A stretch of DNA of 64,000 nucleotides from Alphaproteobacteria bacterium (GCA_965228695.1 CBDDIB010000002.1:1369089-1433088); one strand, 5' to 3'; positions 1-10,309 are shown, counted from the first letter of the stretch. The notes: a model not told the origin generated them from the sequence alone. Program-made: numbers and translations.

Positions 1-233
1 CACTGTTCAATCCTAAAACACTTGGTCATGCATGTATGCTGGATGCCAGCTTTAGGCCCGCTTTGGCGAACTGGTGCGCCTGCTTGGAACGCGAATTTTC
101 TTCCAAATTGAGTTCCGCCCAACTGTCCAAATATATCGCCGACTACCCTTCATTCGATCGTGAAATTTACGCTGGTGCCAAGCGCAAAAACTGGGATTTC
201 GTGCATACATCTAATCGATGTCGGAAAAAATAG
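1..233 (+). CDS. C-terminal fragment of an unidentified protein, open from the window edge
   Basis: The frame is open from position 3 (LFNPKTLGHAC-MLDASF...NRCRKK, stop TAG 231-233), with the first ATG at 36. G+C is well below background (29/60 in 1-60, 27/60 in 121-180). No family recognised. Confidence 0.25.
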   Translation, partial: LFNPKTLGHACMLDASFRPALANWCACLEREFSSKLSSAQLSKYIADYPSFDREIYAGAKRKNWDFVHTSNRCRKK

Positions 234-728
234 AAGCTCCGGAAGTCAGGCTGTACAGATAGGGTATTCGCCTGACAGTCGCCGCTCTTGAATGGGATTA
301 GTTTAGGTGACTGCTGTCAATTTTGTCTCCTTTTTGATTTTGGGTTTTGGCAGGCATCGACCGAAAACGTCAGCGGGCATCCCGGCGACGGGAATGGAGG
401 TTCGCTCAAGATCACAGGCCGGCGCAGCGCGGTCGCGGTATCGAGTTCAAGGATCGTGGATCGCCGGTCCTTAACCGCCTTCGTCGGTTGTAACTTTGGG
501 CAAGCGCCAAAGCCGTTTGGCATCTCGGTACGCGATTTTTTTCCGCGACGTCCCTTGGCGGTTCCGCCACCGCGTGCTGCGAGAGCTTTATTTGGTCGAT
601 GCATATGTCCGGCGAAAGTTTGGTGGGCGTATTGTCGAAACCCACTATGAACCGGCCCGATCCTCTCGGTTAGGCGACTTAGCCGGGATACCCTATACTT
701 TCATAGAGCCTGAAATCTGATTTCTTCC

Positions 729-754
729 CGGGCCGCCGCGGTGCCGGCGGCCCG
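729..754. other. Perfect 10-bp GC hairpin just upstream of the D-aminoacylase RBS
   Basis: cgggccgccg (729-738) pairs with cggcggcccg (745-754) around a 6-nt loop. It lies 8 nt before AGGAGA (763-768) and 22 nt before ATG 776. No U-tract on either side. Confidence 0.4.
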
Positions 755-775
755 ACACAGCTAGGAGAAAGCAAA

Positions 776-2488
776 ATGTACGATCTCGTGATCCGGAATG
801 GCACGGTAGTCGACGGCACAGGGCTACCGAAATATCGAGCTGACGTTGGCGTAACCGGCGACCGGATCGCGGCAATCGGACGGATTGCCGAAAAAGGGAA
901 AGAGGAGATCGATGCCACGGGGCAGGTGGTGACGCCCGGCTTCATCGACGGGCACACGCACATGGACGCGCAAGTGTTCTGGGACCCGCTCGGCAGCTGC
1001 TCCTGTTGGCACGGCGTCACCAGCGTGATCATGGGAAACTGCGGCTTTACGCTGGCGCCGGGGTCCAATTCGCAGCGTGACATGATCATCAGCAACATCG
1101 CGCGCGCCGAGGACATTTCGACCGATGTCATGGAGGCGTCGATCGACTGGGAGTGGACCTCGTTCCGGGACTACATGAACGTCGTCGATAAACTCCCGAA
1201 GACGATCAACTACGCCGCAAATATTGGCCACTCCGCCATGCGCACGCATGTCATGGGGGAACGCGCCTTCGAGGAACACGCCACGGAGGATGACGTGGGG
1301 GCGATGGAGAAGGAACTGCTCGACGCGATGGACGCGGGGGCCATCGGCTTCACCAGTTCGCGCTCGACGGGCCACAAGCTGCCGGAGCCGGACAACCGGC
1401 CGGTGGCATCCAATCACGCCTCTTGGGAGGAACTGAGTCACCTGGTCAATGTCATGGGGACAACGGGCTGCGGCGTATTCGAATATGCCCGGGAACGGGA
1501 AGCCCGGTCGCCGGACCCGGAGGTGCGCAAGAAATATAACGACCGGCTGCGCGACCTCGCGGTGGAGAGCGGCGTCCCCATCACCTTCGGGTTGCCGGCC
1601 GGAAATGTCGGTACGAAAGACGCCTTGGAGCTTCTGGATTCGACGGCCGAGGCCGGCGGGCGCATGTTCGCGCAGACTCATACCCGCGGCATTTCCCACG
1701 TCCTGTCGTTCAGGGGGCGCTTGGCGTTTGACGATATTCCGGAATGGGCGCGCGTCCGTGCCCTGCCGATCGAGGAACAGCGCAAGGTTTTCAGTGATCC
1801 GGCGCAGCGGAAACTCCTCGTCGAAGTGACCAGAAACGACAACTATCGGACCGGCGGCGGTGAACCGCGGAAGCCCGACTACGACAATCTGTATGTCGTG
1901 TACAGTGCCGTGATGCCCAATCCCACGGTCGCGCAACTCGCGGCCGAGCGAAATGCCGATCCTGTGGAGGTCATGATGGACCTCGCCCTGGAGAGTGATT
2001 TCAACCAGCTCTTCATGCAATTCGACGTGGCAACCGTTCCGAAGTCCGATGAGGAGGCTTTGAGAACGTTACGGCATCCGCGCACGGTCATGACGTTTTC
2101 CGATTCCGGCGCGCATGTAAGCCTGATTATGGATTCTTCCATTCACACGCATTTGTTGGCCTATTGGGTGCGCGAGCGGCAGGCGTTCACGCTGGAAGAA
2201 GGCGTCAGGATGATCACGTTGACGCCGGCAATGGCGTGGGGCTTCGTCGATCGCGGTATCTTGCGTCAGGGCGGCATCGCGGACATCAACATATTCGACC
2301 CTGCGACCATTGCGCCGGAGATTCCCACCATCGAGCACGACCTGCCCACCGGCGCGCGCCGGCTAAAGCAGAAGTCGAGCGGCATTAAGGCGACGGTGAT
2401 CGCCGGCAAGGTGGCATTCAGGGACGGCGAGCACACCGGCGCACTGGGTGGCGAACTGCTGCGGGCGAGTGCCGCCGGAGTCCGCTGA
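776..2488 (+). CDS. N-acyl-D-amino-acid deacylase (D-aminoacylase) family amidohydrolase
   Basis: 570-aa ORF preceded by AGGAGA. The N-terminus MYDLVIRNGTVVDGTG...DVGVTGDRIAAIG...TPGFIDGHTHMD is the typical metal-binding HxH start of D-aminoacylase/amidohydrolases. Ends at TGA 2486-2488. Confidence 0.85.
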   Translation: MYDLVIRNGTVVDGTGLPKYRADVGVTGDRIAAIGRIAEKGKEEIDATGQVVTPGFIDGHTHMDAQVFWDPLGSCSCWHGVTSVIMGNCGFTLAPGSNSQRDMIISNIARAEDISTDVMEASIDWEWTSFRDYMNVVDKLPKTINYAANIGHSAMRTHVMGERAFEEHATEDDVGAMEKELLDAMDAGAIGFTSSRSTGHKLPEPDNRPVASNHASWEELSHLVNVMGTTGCGVFEYAREREARSPDPEVRKKYNDRLRDLAVESGVPITFGLPAGNVGTKDALELLDSTAEAGGRMFAQTHTRGISHVLSFRGRLAFDDIPEWARVRALPIEEQRKVFSDPAQRKLLVEVTRNDNYRTGGGEPRKPDYDNLYVVYSAVMPNPTVAQLAAERNADPVEVMMDLALESDFNQLFMQFDVATVPKSDEEALRTLRHPRTVMTFSDSGAHVSLIMDSSIHTHLLAYWVRERQAFTLEEGVRMITLTPAMAWGFVDRGILRQGGIADINIFDPATIAPEIPTIEHDLPTGARRLKQKSSGIKATVIAGKVAFRDGEHTGALGGELLRASAAGVR

Positions 2489-2574
2489 CGATCCGGCCGG
2501 AGGGGCTGATCCAACCGTCTTGATGCGCCAGCCGCATGTTGACAGCCTGCCCCACAGCATCGGACGTTAGGGCC

Positions 2575-3276
2575 ATGAATTTGGAAAACCGTCAAATTGT
2601 CGTCACGGGCGGAACCGGCGGGCTTGGGCGCGCTGTCGTTGGCCGCCTGCTCGACGCGGGCGCAGCTCTCCATCTGCCGGTGGAGCCGGGCGTGGAACTC
2701 GATACCTTTCCGCACGCGGAAAACGCCAAGGTTTCGGCCACGGCGGGTGTCGATCTGACGGATCCCGCGGCGGTCGAGGACTTCTACGCGGCCCTGCCGG
2801 CGCTTTGGGCATCGGTCCATCTCGCCGGGGGCTTCGCCATGGCGCCGCTCGCCGAAACCGATTCCGATGGGTTCCAACATATGATGGACCTCAACTTGCG
2901 CACCTGCTTTCTCTGCTGCCGCGCGGCCGTCGCGAAAATCGCGGCGGGCGGCGCCGGGGGGCGCATCGTCAACGTGGCGGCGCGGCCCGGTCTCGAACCG
3001 CGCAGCGGCGCCGGGATGGCGGCCTACGCCGCGAGCAAGGCTGGCGTGGCCGCGCTCACCGAAGCACTGGGCGAGGAACTGGCCGAACAGGGCATCTGGG
3101 TCAACGCCGTGGCACCCTCGATCATCGACACCCCGGCCAACCGCGACGCCATGCCCGACGCGGACCACGAGACATGGCCGAAACCCGAAGAAATCGCCGA
3201 GACCATCGCTTTCCTCGCCTCGCCCGACAACCGGGTCACGCGCGGAAGCGTCATTCCGGTCTACGGCCGGTTTTAG
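2575..3276 (+). CDS. Short-chain dehydrogenase/reductase (SDR)
   Basis: Starts at internal ATG 2575 (MNLENRQIVVTGGTGGLGRAV, a TGxxxGxG Rossmann motif). Catalytic YxxxK is present (AAYAASKAG). 233 aa. Confidence 0.85.
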   Translation: MNLENRQIVVTGGTGGLGRAVVGRLLDAGAALHLPVEPGVELDTFPHAENAKVSATAGVDLTDPAAVEDFYAALPALWASVHLAGGFAMAPLAETDSDGFQHMMDLNLRTCFLCCRAAVAKIAAGGAGGRIVNVAARPGLEPRSGAGMAAYAASKAGVAALTEALGEELAEQGIWVNAVAPSIIDTPANRDAMPDADHETWPKPEEIAETIAFLASPDNRVTRGSVIPVYGRF

Positions 3277-3292
3277 CCGCTCTTGGACAGCG

Positions 3293-4393
3293 TTAGGTTT
3301 GCCCGACAGGGCCGGGGAAGACCGGCGGCATGTCCTCGTCGGGCGGGGTCAAATCCGCACGTATTCGTGGCAGGCATTCCGGATGCTGCCGCTGTAAGAA
3401 GGTAATTAGACCCTCGCGGAGATCGCAGCGCAGGTCCCAAGCGTCAGGTGAATTACGCGCACTGACGAGGGCCCGCAGTTCGACCGTACGATCGGTTGTG
3501 TTCGTGACCTGCAATCCACAGACTTTCCCGTCCCATTTCGGATGATCTTTCGCAAGTCGTTCGAGTTCCTCACGCATCTTGCCGACCGGGACGGTGTAGT
3601 CCGCATGCAGGTAGATGGTTCCCAGGATGTCGGCCGTCTTTCGCGTCCAGTTTTGGAATGGCTTTTCGATAAAATTGTTTAAAGGGACGATTAGACGCCG
3701 CTGATCCCAGATTCGGACCACCACGTAGGTCATCGTGATTTCTTCTATCCAACCCCATTCTCCTTCGACGATAACCACGTCATCGACACGAATGGGCTGG
3801 CTCAAGGCAATCTGCACGCCGGCAATCAGATTCGCGATCGTGGGGCGGGCGGCGAGACCGATAACAATGCCGGCAACGCCTGCGGAAGCGAACAGGCTAA
3901 GCCCGAGGTGACGAATCTCGGGAAAAGTCATGAGGATCAGTGCAATGGTCACGATGACGATAACTGCCGCCGCGATCCGGTTGAAAACCATTACACGCGT
4001 GCGGACCTCGCGCTCCGCCAAGTTATCCGCGTGATCAATCCGAAAACGGGCAATAACAATCTCCCCGAGAGCGCGCAATAGACCGAGAACACCCCAACCC
4101 GCGGCGGAAATAAGCACGATGATCATGATCTGTTGAATTACCGGCAATACGACATCCGGCAGCGTCACGAACTGCAGTGTCAATAAAACCGCCGCCGCCG
4201 GAAGGAAAAGCCCGGCCGGCCGGTGAAGATTGGTGATTACCGCATCGTCAACAGGCGTCGAGGTGCGCCGCGACAGCCGCGTGGCCAATGCCCTAATCAC
4301 GCGATGTATCACGTAGCCGGCCAAAGCGGCACTGCATAAGATCAGTGTGCCGACCAACCACGGACGGACGCCGTCAAAATCTTCGAATGTCAT
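3293..4393 (-). CDS. Mechanosensitive ion channel (MscS family)
   Basis: 366 aa with several N-terminal hydrophobic helices, followed by the MscS beta-domain signature NLIAGVQIALSQPIRVDDVVIVEGEWGWIEEITMTYVVVRIWDQRRLIVPLNNF. Confidence 0.85.
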   Translation of the reverse strand: MTFEDFDGVRPWLVGTLILCSAALAGYVIHRVIRALATRLSRRTSTPVDDAVITNLHRPAGLFLPAAAVLLTLQFVTLPDVVLPVIQQIMIIVLISAAGWGVLGLLRALGEIVIARFRIDHADNLAEREVRTRVMVFNRIAAAVIVIVTIALILMTFPEIRHLGLSLFASAGVAGIVIGLAARPTIANLIAGVQIALSQPIRVDDVVIVEGEWGWIEEITMTYVVVRIWDQRRLIVPLNNFIEKPFQNWTRKTADILGTIYLHADYTVPVGKMREELERLAKDHPKWDGKVCGLQVTNTTDRTVELRALVSARNSPDAWDLRCDLREGLITFLQRQHPECLPRIRADLTPPDEDMPPVFPGPVGQT

Positions 4394-4432
4394 TCCGATC
4401 TCTTGCGGTTCTGGTTTTCGGGCCGATCAAAT

Positions 4433-5824
4433 TCAAAACGCCGTTTTCCTCTCTGGCAAGCTTTCGAGCGCGCCAATAAAGCTCCTGTGCCATTTATTCG
4501 CGTCTTCCTGCCGAATTCTATTCATGAGTGCCTGCTGGCGCCGTTGGCGTTCTTCAAGCGACATGGTCAATGCCTTTTGTAAAGCCGCGGCCATCTCGTC
4601 GATGTTGTATGGGTTGACGATCAACGCTTCCTCCAGCGCCTCTGCGGCGCCGGCGAATTTCGACAGCACCAACACACCGGGGTCGGCTTCATCCTGAGCC
4701 GCGATATATTCCTTGGCCACCAAGTTCATTCCGTCTCGCAAGGGACTTACAAAACCGACCTGGCTGCCCCTCAATAGCGCTGCCAAGATTCGGCGCGGAA
4801 TCGCGCGATGGATGTAGCGTACGGGAGTCCAATCGAAATCCGCGAACTGGCCGTTAATCGAACCCGAAATTGTTTCCAACTCCGTGCGAATATCCGAATA
4901 CGCTTCTACATCTTCTCGGGTCGGTGGCGCAATTTGCATTAGCGTGACGGATTTCTCATTTTCCGGATACAGTTCGAGGAGTCGGCGAAAGGCCTGCAGC
5001 CGGCCGGGCAACCCCTTGGAATAATCCAAACGGTCAACGCCGATGATTTGGCGGCGCTCGAGTGTGCGTCGGCGCAGCGTCGCGATTTGCTCGTCGGCTT
5101 CTTGCGTGTGCGCCATGGCGGAGAAGGCCGCCACATCGATCCCAATAGGAAAACAGCCCGCGACCACATCTTCTCCGAAGGCTCTTACGGGATCGCCCGG
5201 CTCAGTTGGACCTTCGCTAAATTTTTCGGCAGCGCGGCTGAAGTTGGCGCGATCGGTTTCAGTTTGAAATCCAACTAGGTCGTAGGCGAACAAAGAACGG
5301 ATCAGCCATTCGCTTTCCGGCGCGGCCACAAGGATGTCCGGCGGCGGGAAAGGAATGTGAAGGAAGAATCCAATCCGCTGACGACACCCGCGTTTGCGCA
5401 GTTCCGCCGCCAAGGGAACCAAATGATAGTCATGAATCCAGATTACGTCTTCGGGTTCAAGATGCGGCAATAAGGCGTCGGCGAATTTTGAATTTACGCG
5501 TTTGTATCCCCTCAAGAACGCGGGCTGAAAATCGACCAGATCGAGGCGATAGTGCAATACCGGCCACAGGACACTGTTAGAAAACCCGGCGTAATATTCA
5601 CGGTAATCTTTTCTTGTCATCGGTAGCGTAATGATCGTCGCCTGATCGATCTCTTGGATCCGCGGCGGCACGCGGGTTCCTTGCCCCACGGTCTTTCCAT
5701 CCCAGCCAAACCAAACGCCACCCCGCGCCTTGAGCGCGTCACCCAGCCCAACGGCAAGACCACCCGCCTGCGCCGGATCCTTGAGATCGGCAACCCGATT
5801 GGAAACGACGACCAGCCTCGTCAT
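4433..5824 (-). CDS. otsA: Alpha,alpha-trehalose-phosphate synthase
   Basis: Start moved to ATG 5824 (MTRLVVVSNRVA...GGLAVGL...VWFGWDG), with GGGAG 8 nt upstream. GT20 family motifs run throughout (IWIHDYHL, GFFLHIPFP, VSPLRDGMNLVAKEY). Confidence 0.9.
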   Translation of the reverse strand: MTRLVVVSNRVADLKDPAQAGGLAVGLGDALKARGGVWFGWDGKTVGQGTRVPPRIQEIDQATIITLPMTRKDYREYYAGFSNSVLWPVLHYRLDLVDFQPAFLRGYKRVNSKFADALLPHLEPEDVIWIHDYHLVPLAAELRKRGCRQRIGFFLHIPFPPPDILVAAPESEWLIRSLFAYDLVGFQTETDRANFSRAAEKFSEGPTEPGDPVRAFGEDVVAGCFPIGIDVAAFSAMAHTQEADEQIATLRRRTLERRQIIGVDRLDYSKGLPGRLQAFRRLLELYPENEKSVTLMQIAPPTREDVEAYSDIRTELETISGSINGQFADFDWTPVRYIHRAIPRRILAALLRGSQVGFVSPLRDGMNLVAKEYIAAQDEADPGVLVLSKFAGAAEALEEALIVNPYNIDEMAAALQKALTMSLEERQRRQQALMNRIRQEDANKWHRSFIGALESLPERKTAF

Positions 5825-6233
5825 TCGCGGAACTCCCAAATTTAACCAGCTTCCAAGACCGGCCGCATAATCCAGCGCATTGCAGTGCGCATCACGCAAG
5901 AACCAAATTCATATCACCGTCGAACGACATAACGCGTGGGGGCAAGGGGCCGACGCCAAGCCCGCCGTGATACACGAAGACTCGCGGTCTTGTTGGTAGG
6001 CTTGTTCGAATACGGATATTGGCCGACATATGGGTGTCTCGAAGCGATGACCGCTATTCCGCTGAAGATGGACGTTAGGCCGGGGGTCAAAACGGTCACT
6101 ACTACGAATGCCGCACAGGGTGACAGTCCCGGTGGCTTGCGTTGAACTGGATATTGCCTTTGGTCTGTTCCGTGCAAAGGTCGCGAAGCCCCGCGCCCGA
6201 TTGGCATACGATCGCGCAACCATCGCCGCCACC

Positions 6234-7400
6234 CTAGGCCAGCACCCCCAATTCCGGCTCGGCCCGGCCCGCGGCTACCCGGTTGCAATGAAACCGCTCC
6301 AGATCGATCGTCTCGAACCGGCGGTCCAGGATCAGCTCCGACAGCGCCCGTCCGGCCGCCGGCGCGTGTTGCAGGCCGTGGCCGCTGAAACCGGTGGCCA
6401 TCAGCAGGTTCTCCGGCGCGCCGGGCCAGGATCCGATCAGCATGTTGCCGTCGAAACGGTTGTAGGCGTAATGGCAGGGCCACGCGTTCATGACCTTCAG
6501 CGTCTCCAGCGCCGGGGCCAGCCGCGCGAGTTTCGGCCAGAGCTGGGCCTCGAAGATGTCGTGGTCGACGGTCCAGTCGAACCTGCCGGCGCGGCTGAAG
6601 TCTGTGTTGCCGCAGATGAAGCCCTTGCCCTCGGGCCGGATGCTGACCGGCTGGCCGTCGCGGGTCAGCGGGGTGACGCCGAGCGATTCGGCCGGTTCGA
6701 AATAGAATGTCGTTCGCTGCAGCGGTACCACCGGGATTTCGAAGCCGGCGATCCGGCAGATTTCATTTGCCCACGCCCCGGTGTTGTTGACCAGGGTCTG
6801 GCAGGGCATGCGACGGCCGTCGGCGAGTTCCACGGCGCGCACCAATCCCTCGGAGATTTCGATGCCGGTCACTTCGCCCTCGATATAGTCGGCACCCAGC
6901 GCGCGCGCCTTGCGCCGCAGTCCGGTCAACGCGCCATGCGGGTCGAGCCAGCCGTCGTTCGGTGAAAAGACGGCGCAGGTGACGGTGTCGGTGCGGAAGC
7001 ACGGGTGCAGTTCTCCCACGCCGGGCCCGTCGAGCAGCCGCACGTCGCAGCCCATGGAAAGCTGATATTCGTGATTGGCCCGCATATCGGCGGCCTGCTC
7101 ATCCGTGTTCGACAGGAACAGATAGCCATGGCGGTAGAAGTCGAGATGGGCCGGTTCGCCGTCAACCGCCATCAGTTCGGCGAAATTGCCGTAGACCTCA
7201 TGGCCGTAGCGCGACATCCGGATGTTCTCTTCCTGGCTGAACAGGATCCGCACCCCGGCGTTGGAGCGGGCCGAGGCGGCGTGTTCGTAGGTCGGATCCC
7301 GCTCGATCACCGCGACCCGCAGCGCCGGGTCCCGGGTCAACAGGTGATATGCGGTGCTGCTGCCATGCAACCCGCCGCCGATGATGATGATGTCATACAT
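6234..7400 (-). CDS. FAD-dependent oxidoreductase (DAO / amino-acid oxidase-like family)
   Basis: Start at ATG 7400 (MYDIIIIGGGLHGSSTAYHL, a GxGxxG dinucleotide fold), with GGAG upstream. C-terminal FSGHGLQHAPAAGRALSELI is typical of DAO-family enzymes. Confidence 0.8.
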   Translation of the reverse strand: MYDIIIIGGGLHGSSTAYHLLTRDPALRVAVIERDPTYEHAASARSNAGVRILFSQEENIRMSRYGHEVYGNFAELMAVDGEPAHLDFYRHGYLFLSNTDEQAADMRANHEYQLSMGCDVRLLDGPGVGELHPCFRTDTVTCAVFSPNDGWLDPHGALTGLRRKARALGADYIEGEVTGIEISEGLVRAVELADGRRMPCQTLVNNTGAWANEICRIAGFEIPVVPLQRTTFYFEPAESLGVTPLTRDGQPVSIRPEGKGFICGNTDFSRAGRFDWTVDHDIFEAQLWPKLARLAPALETLKVMNAWPCHYAYNRFDGNMLIGSWPGAPENLLMATGFSGHGLQHAPAAGRALSELILDRRFETIDLERFHCNRVAAGRAEPELGVLA

Positions 7401-7654
7401 GGAACAACTCCGAGTCAGCGTCCAGCGGCAAATTGGTGCGCGGGGACGCCAGGCGCCTTGAGACACGGGCGTGCGTTGGCTTGCGGGATTATCGGCTCGA
7501 TATCCGGCCCTGTCGAGATGACGTTGCGGCGGGTGGGCGAACGCCTCCGGCCCATCAAAGGCTTGCCGGTGCTAGTTGTAAAATTTCCAGGCTACCTCTC
7601 ATGGCCAATTGGAGTGTCGCACGCTCATTTGCATAATCTGCCGGGGAGGATGCG

Positions 7655-10309
7655 ATGAAGCCGACCGCTGGAGTTCTTGCAAAACCCTATCAGACAATCC
7701 ACGAGCACATCCGGTACTGGGCCCATTACGACCCGGACTCTCCGGTATTCGTGGGGGAGGGCATGCCGCCGCTTTCCTATCGCGGCCTGGTAGAGACCAT
7801 CGATACGGTCGGTGTCACACTCAACGAGAGTGGCTTTGGGCGCGGTGACAGAATCGCCGTCGTGCACCAGGATGGGCGCCGCATGGCGGCGGCCCTCGTC
7901 GCGATCGAGAGTAACGCGACCGTCGTCCCCATGAACCCCGACGGCATTCTCGGTGAATTCGCCCTTCAACTGCACGATATGCGGGTCGATGCGGTCGCGA
8001 TCGCTGCGGACATGGACACGCCGGCCCGCGCCGCCGCGGCGGAGCTCGGGCTGCCGCGGTTCGACATTCGGTCGGACGGCCATGGTGCGATCCACCTCGC
8101 GCCGCCCACCGAAGGCCGCGAGACTCCCTGCGAGAAACCGGGTCCGGCGGAACCCGACGACGTCGCGGTGCTGCTCGCCACATCCGGCACGACCTCGCAC
8201 AGCAAGATCGTGCCGCTCCGCCAGCGCGTCTTGGCGATTCGGTGCGCCCGCTCGTCGCGGCTCCTCGGACTCTCGCCCGACGACCGCTGCCTGAACCTGT
8301 TGCGGCTTTTTCACAGCGCGGGTCTCGCAACCTCGTTGACCGGCGCGCTCGTTTCGGGGGGCAGCATCGCCTTTCTGACGGATACGAGTGTTACCGGCAT
8401 TTTCGACACGCTGGAGAGCGAACAGGCCACATGGGTGGGCGGCGCCTACGCGCATTACCACGCCATCCATCCGCATCTGGCGGCGCATCGCGAGACCATC
8501 GAGCGGGTCGCGGCGAGGCTCCGTTTCATGCGCGCGGGCACGGGTGCCCTTATTCCGGAAATCGCTGCGGACTTGGAACAGGTATTCGGCGTGCCGGTCT
8601 TGGCCTCCTTTGCGTCGACGGAAGCCGGCATCATCGCCGGCGACACGCCCGACAACACCCGCCCGGACCGGGCCAGCGTCGGACTCCCCTTTCCGGATGA
8701 AATCGCCATCGTCGATGACGAAGGCGAGGCGGTGCCGCGCGGCGAGAGTGGCGAGATCGTCGTCAAGGGTGTCGAGATATTCGACGGATACGAGAATGAC
8801 GATGCCGCCAACCGGCTCGCCTTCGACGGCGATTGGTTCCGAACCGGCGACATGGGCTATCTCGACGAAGACGGCTACCTGTTCCTTGCCGGCCGGATCA
8901 AGGAGTTGATCAACCGCGGCGGCGAAAAAGTGTCGCCGGGTGAAATCGACAATGTTCTGCTCGAGCATCCCGGCATCGCCGCCGCCGCCGCCTTCCCCGT
9001 CCCGCACCCGACGCTCGGCGAGGACGTTGCCGTCGCCGTCGTCCCGGCGGAAGGCGCTTCGATCGGCGAAGCCGCCGTGATGACCTATCTGCGCGACCGG
9101 TTGAGCGAGCGGAAGCTGCCCCGGCAATTGATCTTCACCGATGCAATCCCGAAGGGCCCTACCGGCAAGTTCCAGCGCCACAAGCTTGCGGATATATTCT
9201 GCGCCCCCGACGGCGCGGACGACAGCGCGGACGACGGATCGGGCGACGACCGGCCCGCGACGCCCTTGGAGGCGCAGCTCCAGGGACTGTGGGCCGCCTC
9301 TCTCGGTCACGACCATGTCGGCTTGCACGACGACTATTTCCAACTCGGCGGCGATTCGCTGCAGGCGGTCGAACTGTTCCTCGACATCGAGAAGACGCTC
9401 GGCCGGCCGTTGCCGCGCTCCATCCTGTTCGAGGCCGCGACGGTCGCCGAGATGGCCCAACGGATCGGCTCGACCGCCACCGCGCATTGCGTTGTGCCGA
9501 TCCAGCCGAACGGATCCCGCCCACCCCTGTTCTGCGTCCACGACGTCAACGGCCATGTCCTGAACTTTCGCGCATTGGCCGGCCGTTTGGGGCAGGGGCA
9601 GCCGGTCTACGGTGTCCAATCCGTGGGTTTGGACGGCAGCGAAGCGCCGCTCACCCGGATCGAGGACATGGCCACCCGTTATGTCGCCGAAATCCGCGCC
9701 GTGCAGCCGATCGGTCCCTACTATCTCTGCGGCTACTCGATGGGCGGCTGGATCGCCTATGAGTTGGCCCAACAGCTCATGGCCGCGAGACAGCGTGTCG
9801 CCTTCCTTGGATTGTTCGACACGCCGTCCCGGCAAGGACCGCGCCGCGCAACACTTCGGCAATGGTTCGGCCATCACGTCTCGGCGATGGCGGCAATGAA
9901 GGCATCGGACATCACGCCGTATCTGGGTCAGCGGGCGCGGAACCTCGCGGAGTTGAGCCGAACCGCCGTACGCTCCCGGTTGTTCGATGCCGCGCACGCC
10001 GTCGGCGCGGCGCCGGGCGCGGGCTCTCCGGCCCGCATCGCCGACGCCAACGGCCATGCGATACGGCACTACGAAATGCGTCCCTATGCGGGCGACGCCG
10101 TGCTGTTCAAGGCGACGCCGTATGCGTGGACGCACCGCAAGGCGCACGACGGGTGGCGCGACCTGATCCGTGGGCATTTTGAGACATTGCCGATCCCCGG
10201 CACCCACGGCGATCTCCTGGAGGAGCCGCATGTGCGGAAGCTGGCGGCCACGCTCTCAACTTGCCTCGCCGCGCGGCAATCCGACCGAAAACGCGCCAGC
10301 GCGGCTTAA
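7655..10309 (+). CDS. NRPS-like tridomain enzyme: adenylation (acyl-AMP ligase) - carrier protein - thioesterase (A-T-TE)
   Basis: 884 aa, with GGGGAGGA before the ATG.
- AMP-binding cores: LLATSGTTSHSKIV, FRTGDMGYLDEDGYLFLAGRIKELINRGGEKVSPGEID, PKGPTGKFQRHKL.
- Carrier motif: YFQLGGDSLQAVEL (Ser codon 9355-9357).
- Alpha/beta-hydrolase TE: PLFCVHDVNGHVLNF...YYLCGYSMGGWIAYE (GxSxG).
- No condensation domain. Confidence 0.85.
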   Translation: MKPTAGVLAKPYQTIHEHIRYWAHYDPDSPVFVGEGMPPLSYRGLVETIDTVGVTLNESGFGRGDRIAVVHQDGRRMAAALVAIESNATVVPMNPDGILGEFALQLHDMRVDAVAIAADMDTPARAAAAELGLPRFDIRSDGHGAIHLAPPTEGRETPCEKPGPAEPDDVAVLLATSGTTSHSKIVPLRQRVLAIRCARSSRLLGLSPDDRCLNLLRLFHSAGLATSLTGALVSGGSIAFLTDTSVTGIFDTLESEQATWVGGAYAHYHAIHPHLAAHRETIERVAARLRFMRAGTGALIPEIAADLEQVFGVPVLASFASTEAGIIAGDTPDNTRPDRASVGLPFPDEIAIVDDEGEAVPRGESGEIVVKGVEIFDGYENDDAANRLAFDGDWFRTGDMGYLDEDGYLFLAGRIKELINRGGEKVSPGEIDNVLLEHPGIAAAAAFPVPHPTLGEDVAVAVVPAEGASIGEAAVMTYLRDRLSERKLPRQLIFTDAIPKGPTGKFQRHKLADIFCAPDGADDSADDGSGDDRPATPLEAQLQGLWAASLGHDHVGLHDDYFQLGGDSLQAVELFLDIEKTLGRPLPRSILFEAATVAEMAQRIGSTATAHCVVPIQPNGSRPPLFCVHDVNGHVLNFRALAGRLGQGQPVYGVQSVGLDGSEAPLTRIEDMATRYVAEIRAVQPIGPYYLCGYSMGGWIAYELAQQLMAARQRVAFLGLFDTPSRQGPRRATLRQWFGHHVSAMAAMKASDITPYLGQRARNLAELSRTAVRSRLFDAAHAVGAAPGAGSPARIADANGHAIRHYEMRPYAGDAVLFKATPYAWTHRKAHDGWRDLIRGHFETLPIPGTHGDLLEEPHVRKLAATLSTCLAARQSDRKRASAA

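Noticed and set aside
288-720. tRNA, tmRNA or known riboswitch in the noncoding stretch at the window start
   Set aside because: I found no GGTTCGAnTCC T-arm, no tmRNA tag-reading frame (ANDN...AA), and no B12, glycine or SAM-II consensus blocks that I could recognise by eye. It needs an Infernal scan to be sure.
729-754. The 10-bp GC hairpin as a Rho-independent terminator
   Set aside because: No U-tract follows on either strand, and it sits directly in front of an RBS. I kept it only as an unexplained structure.
7625-10231. 868-aa ORF antisense to the NRPS-like gene
   Set aside because: The composition is extreme in Arg/Gly/Ala/Pro/Asp and no motifs are recognisable. It fully overlaps a gene with unambiguous A, T and TE motifs. 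This is a typical shadow ORF of high-GC DNA.
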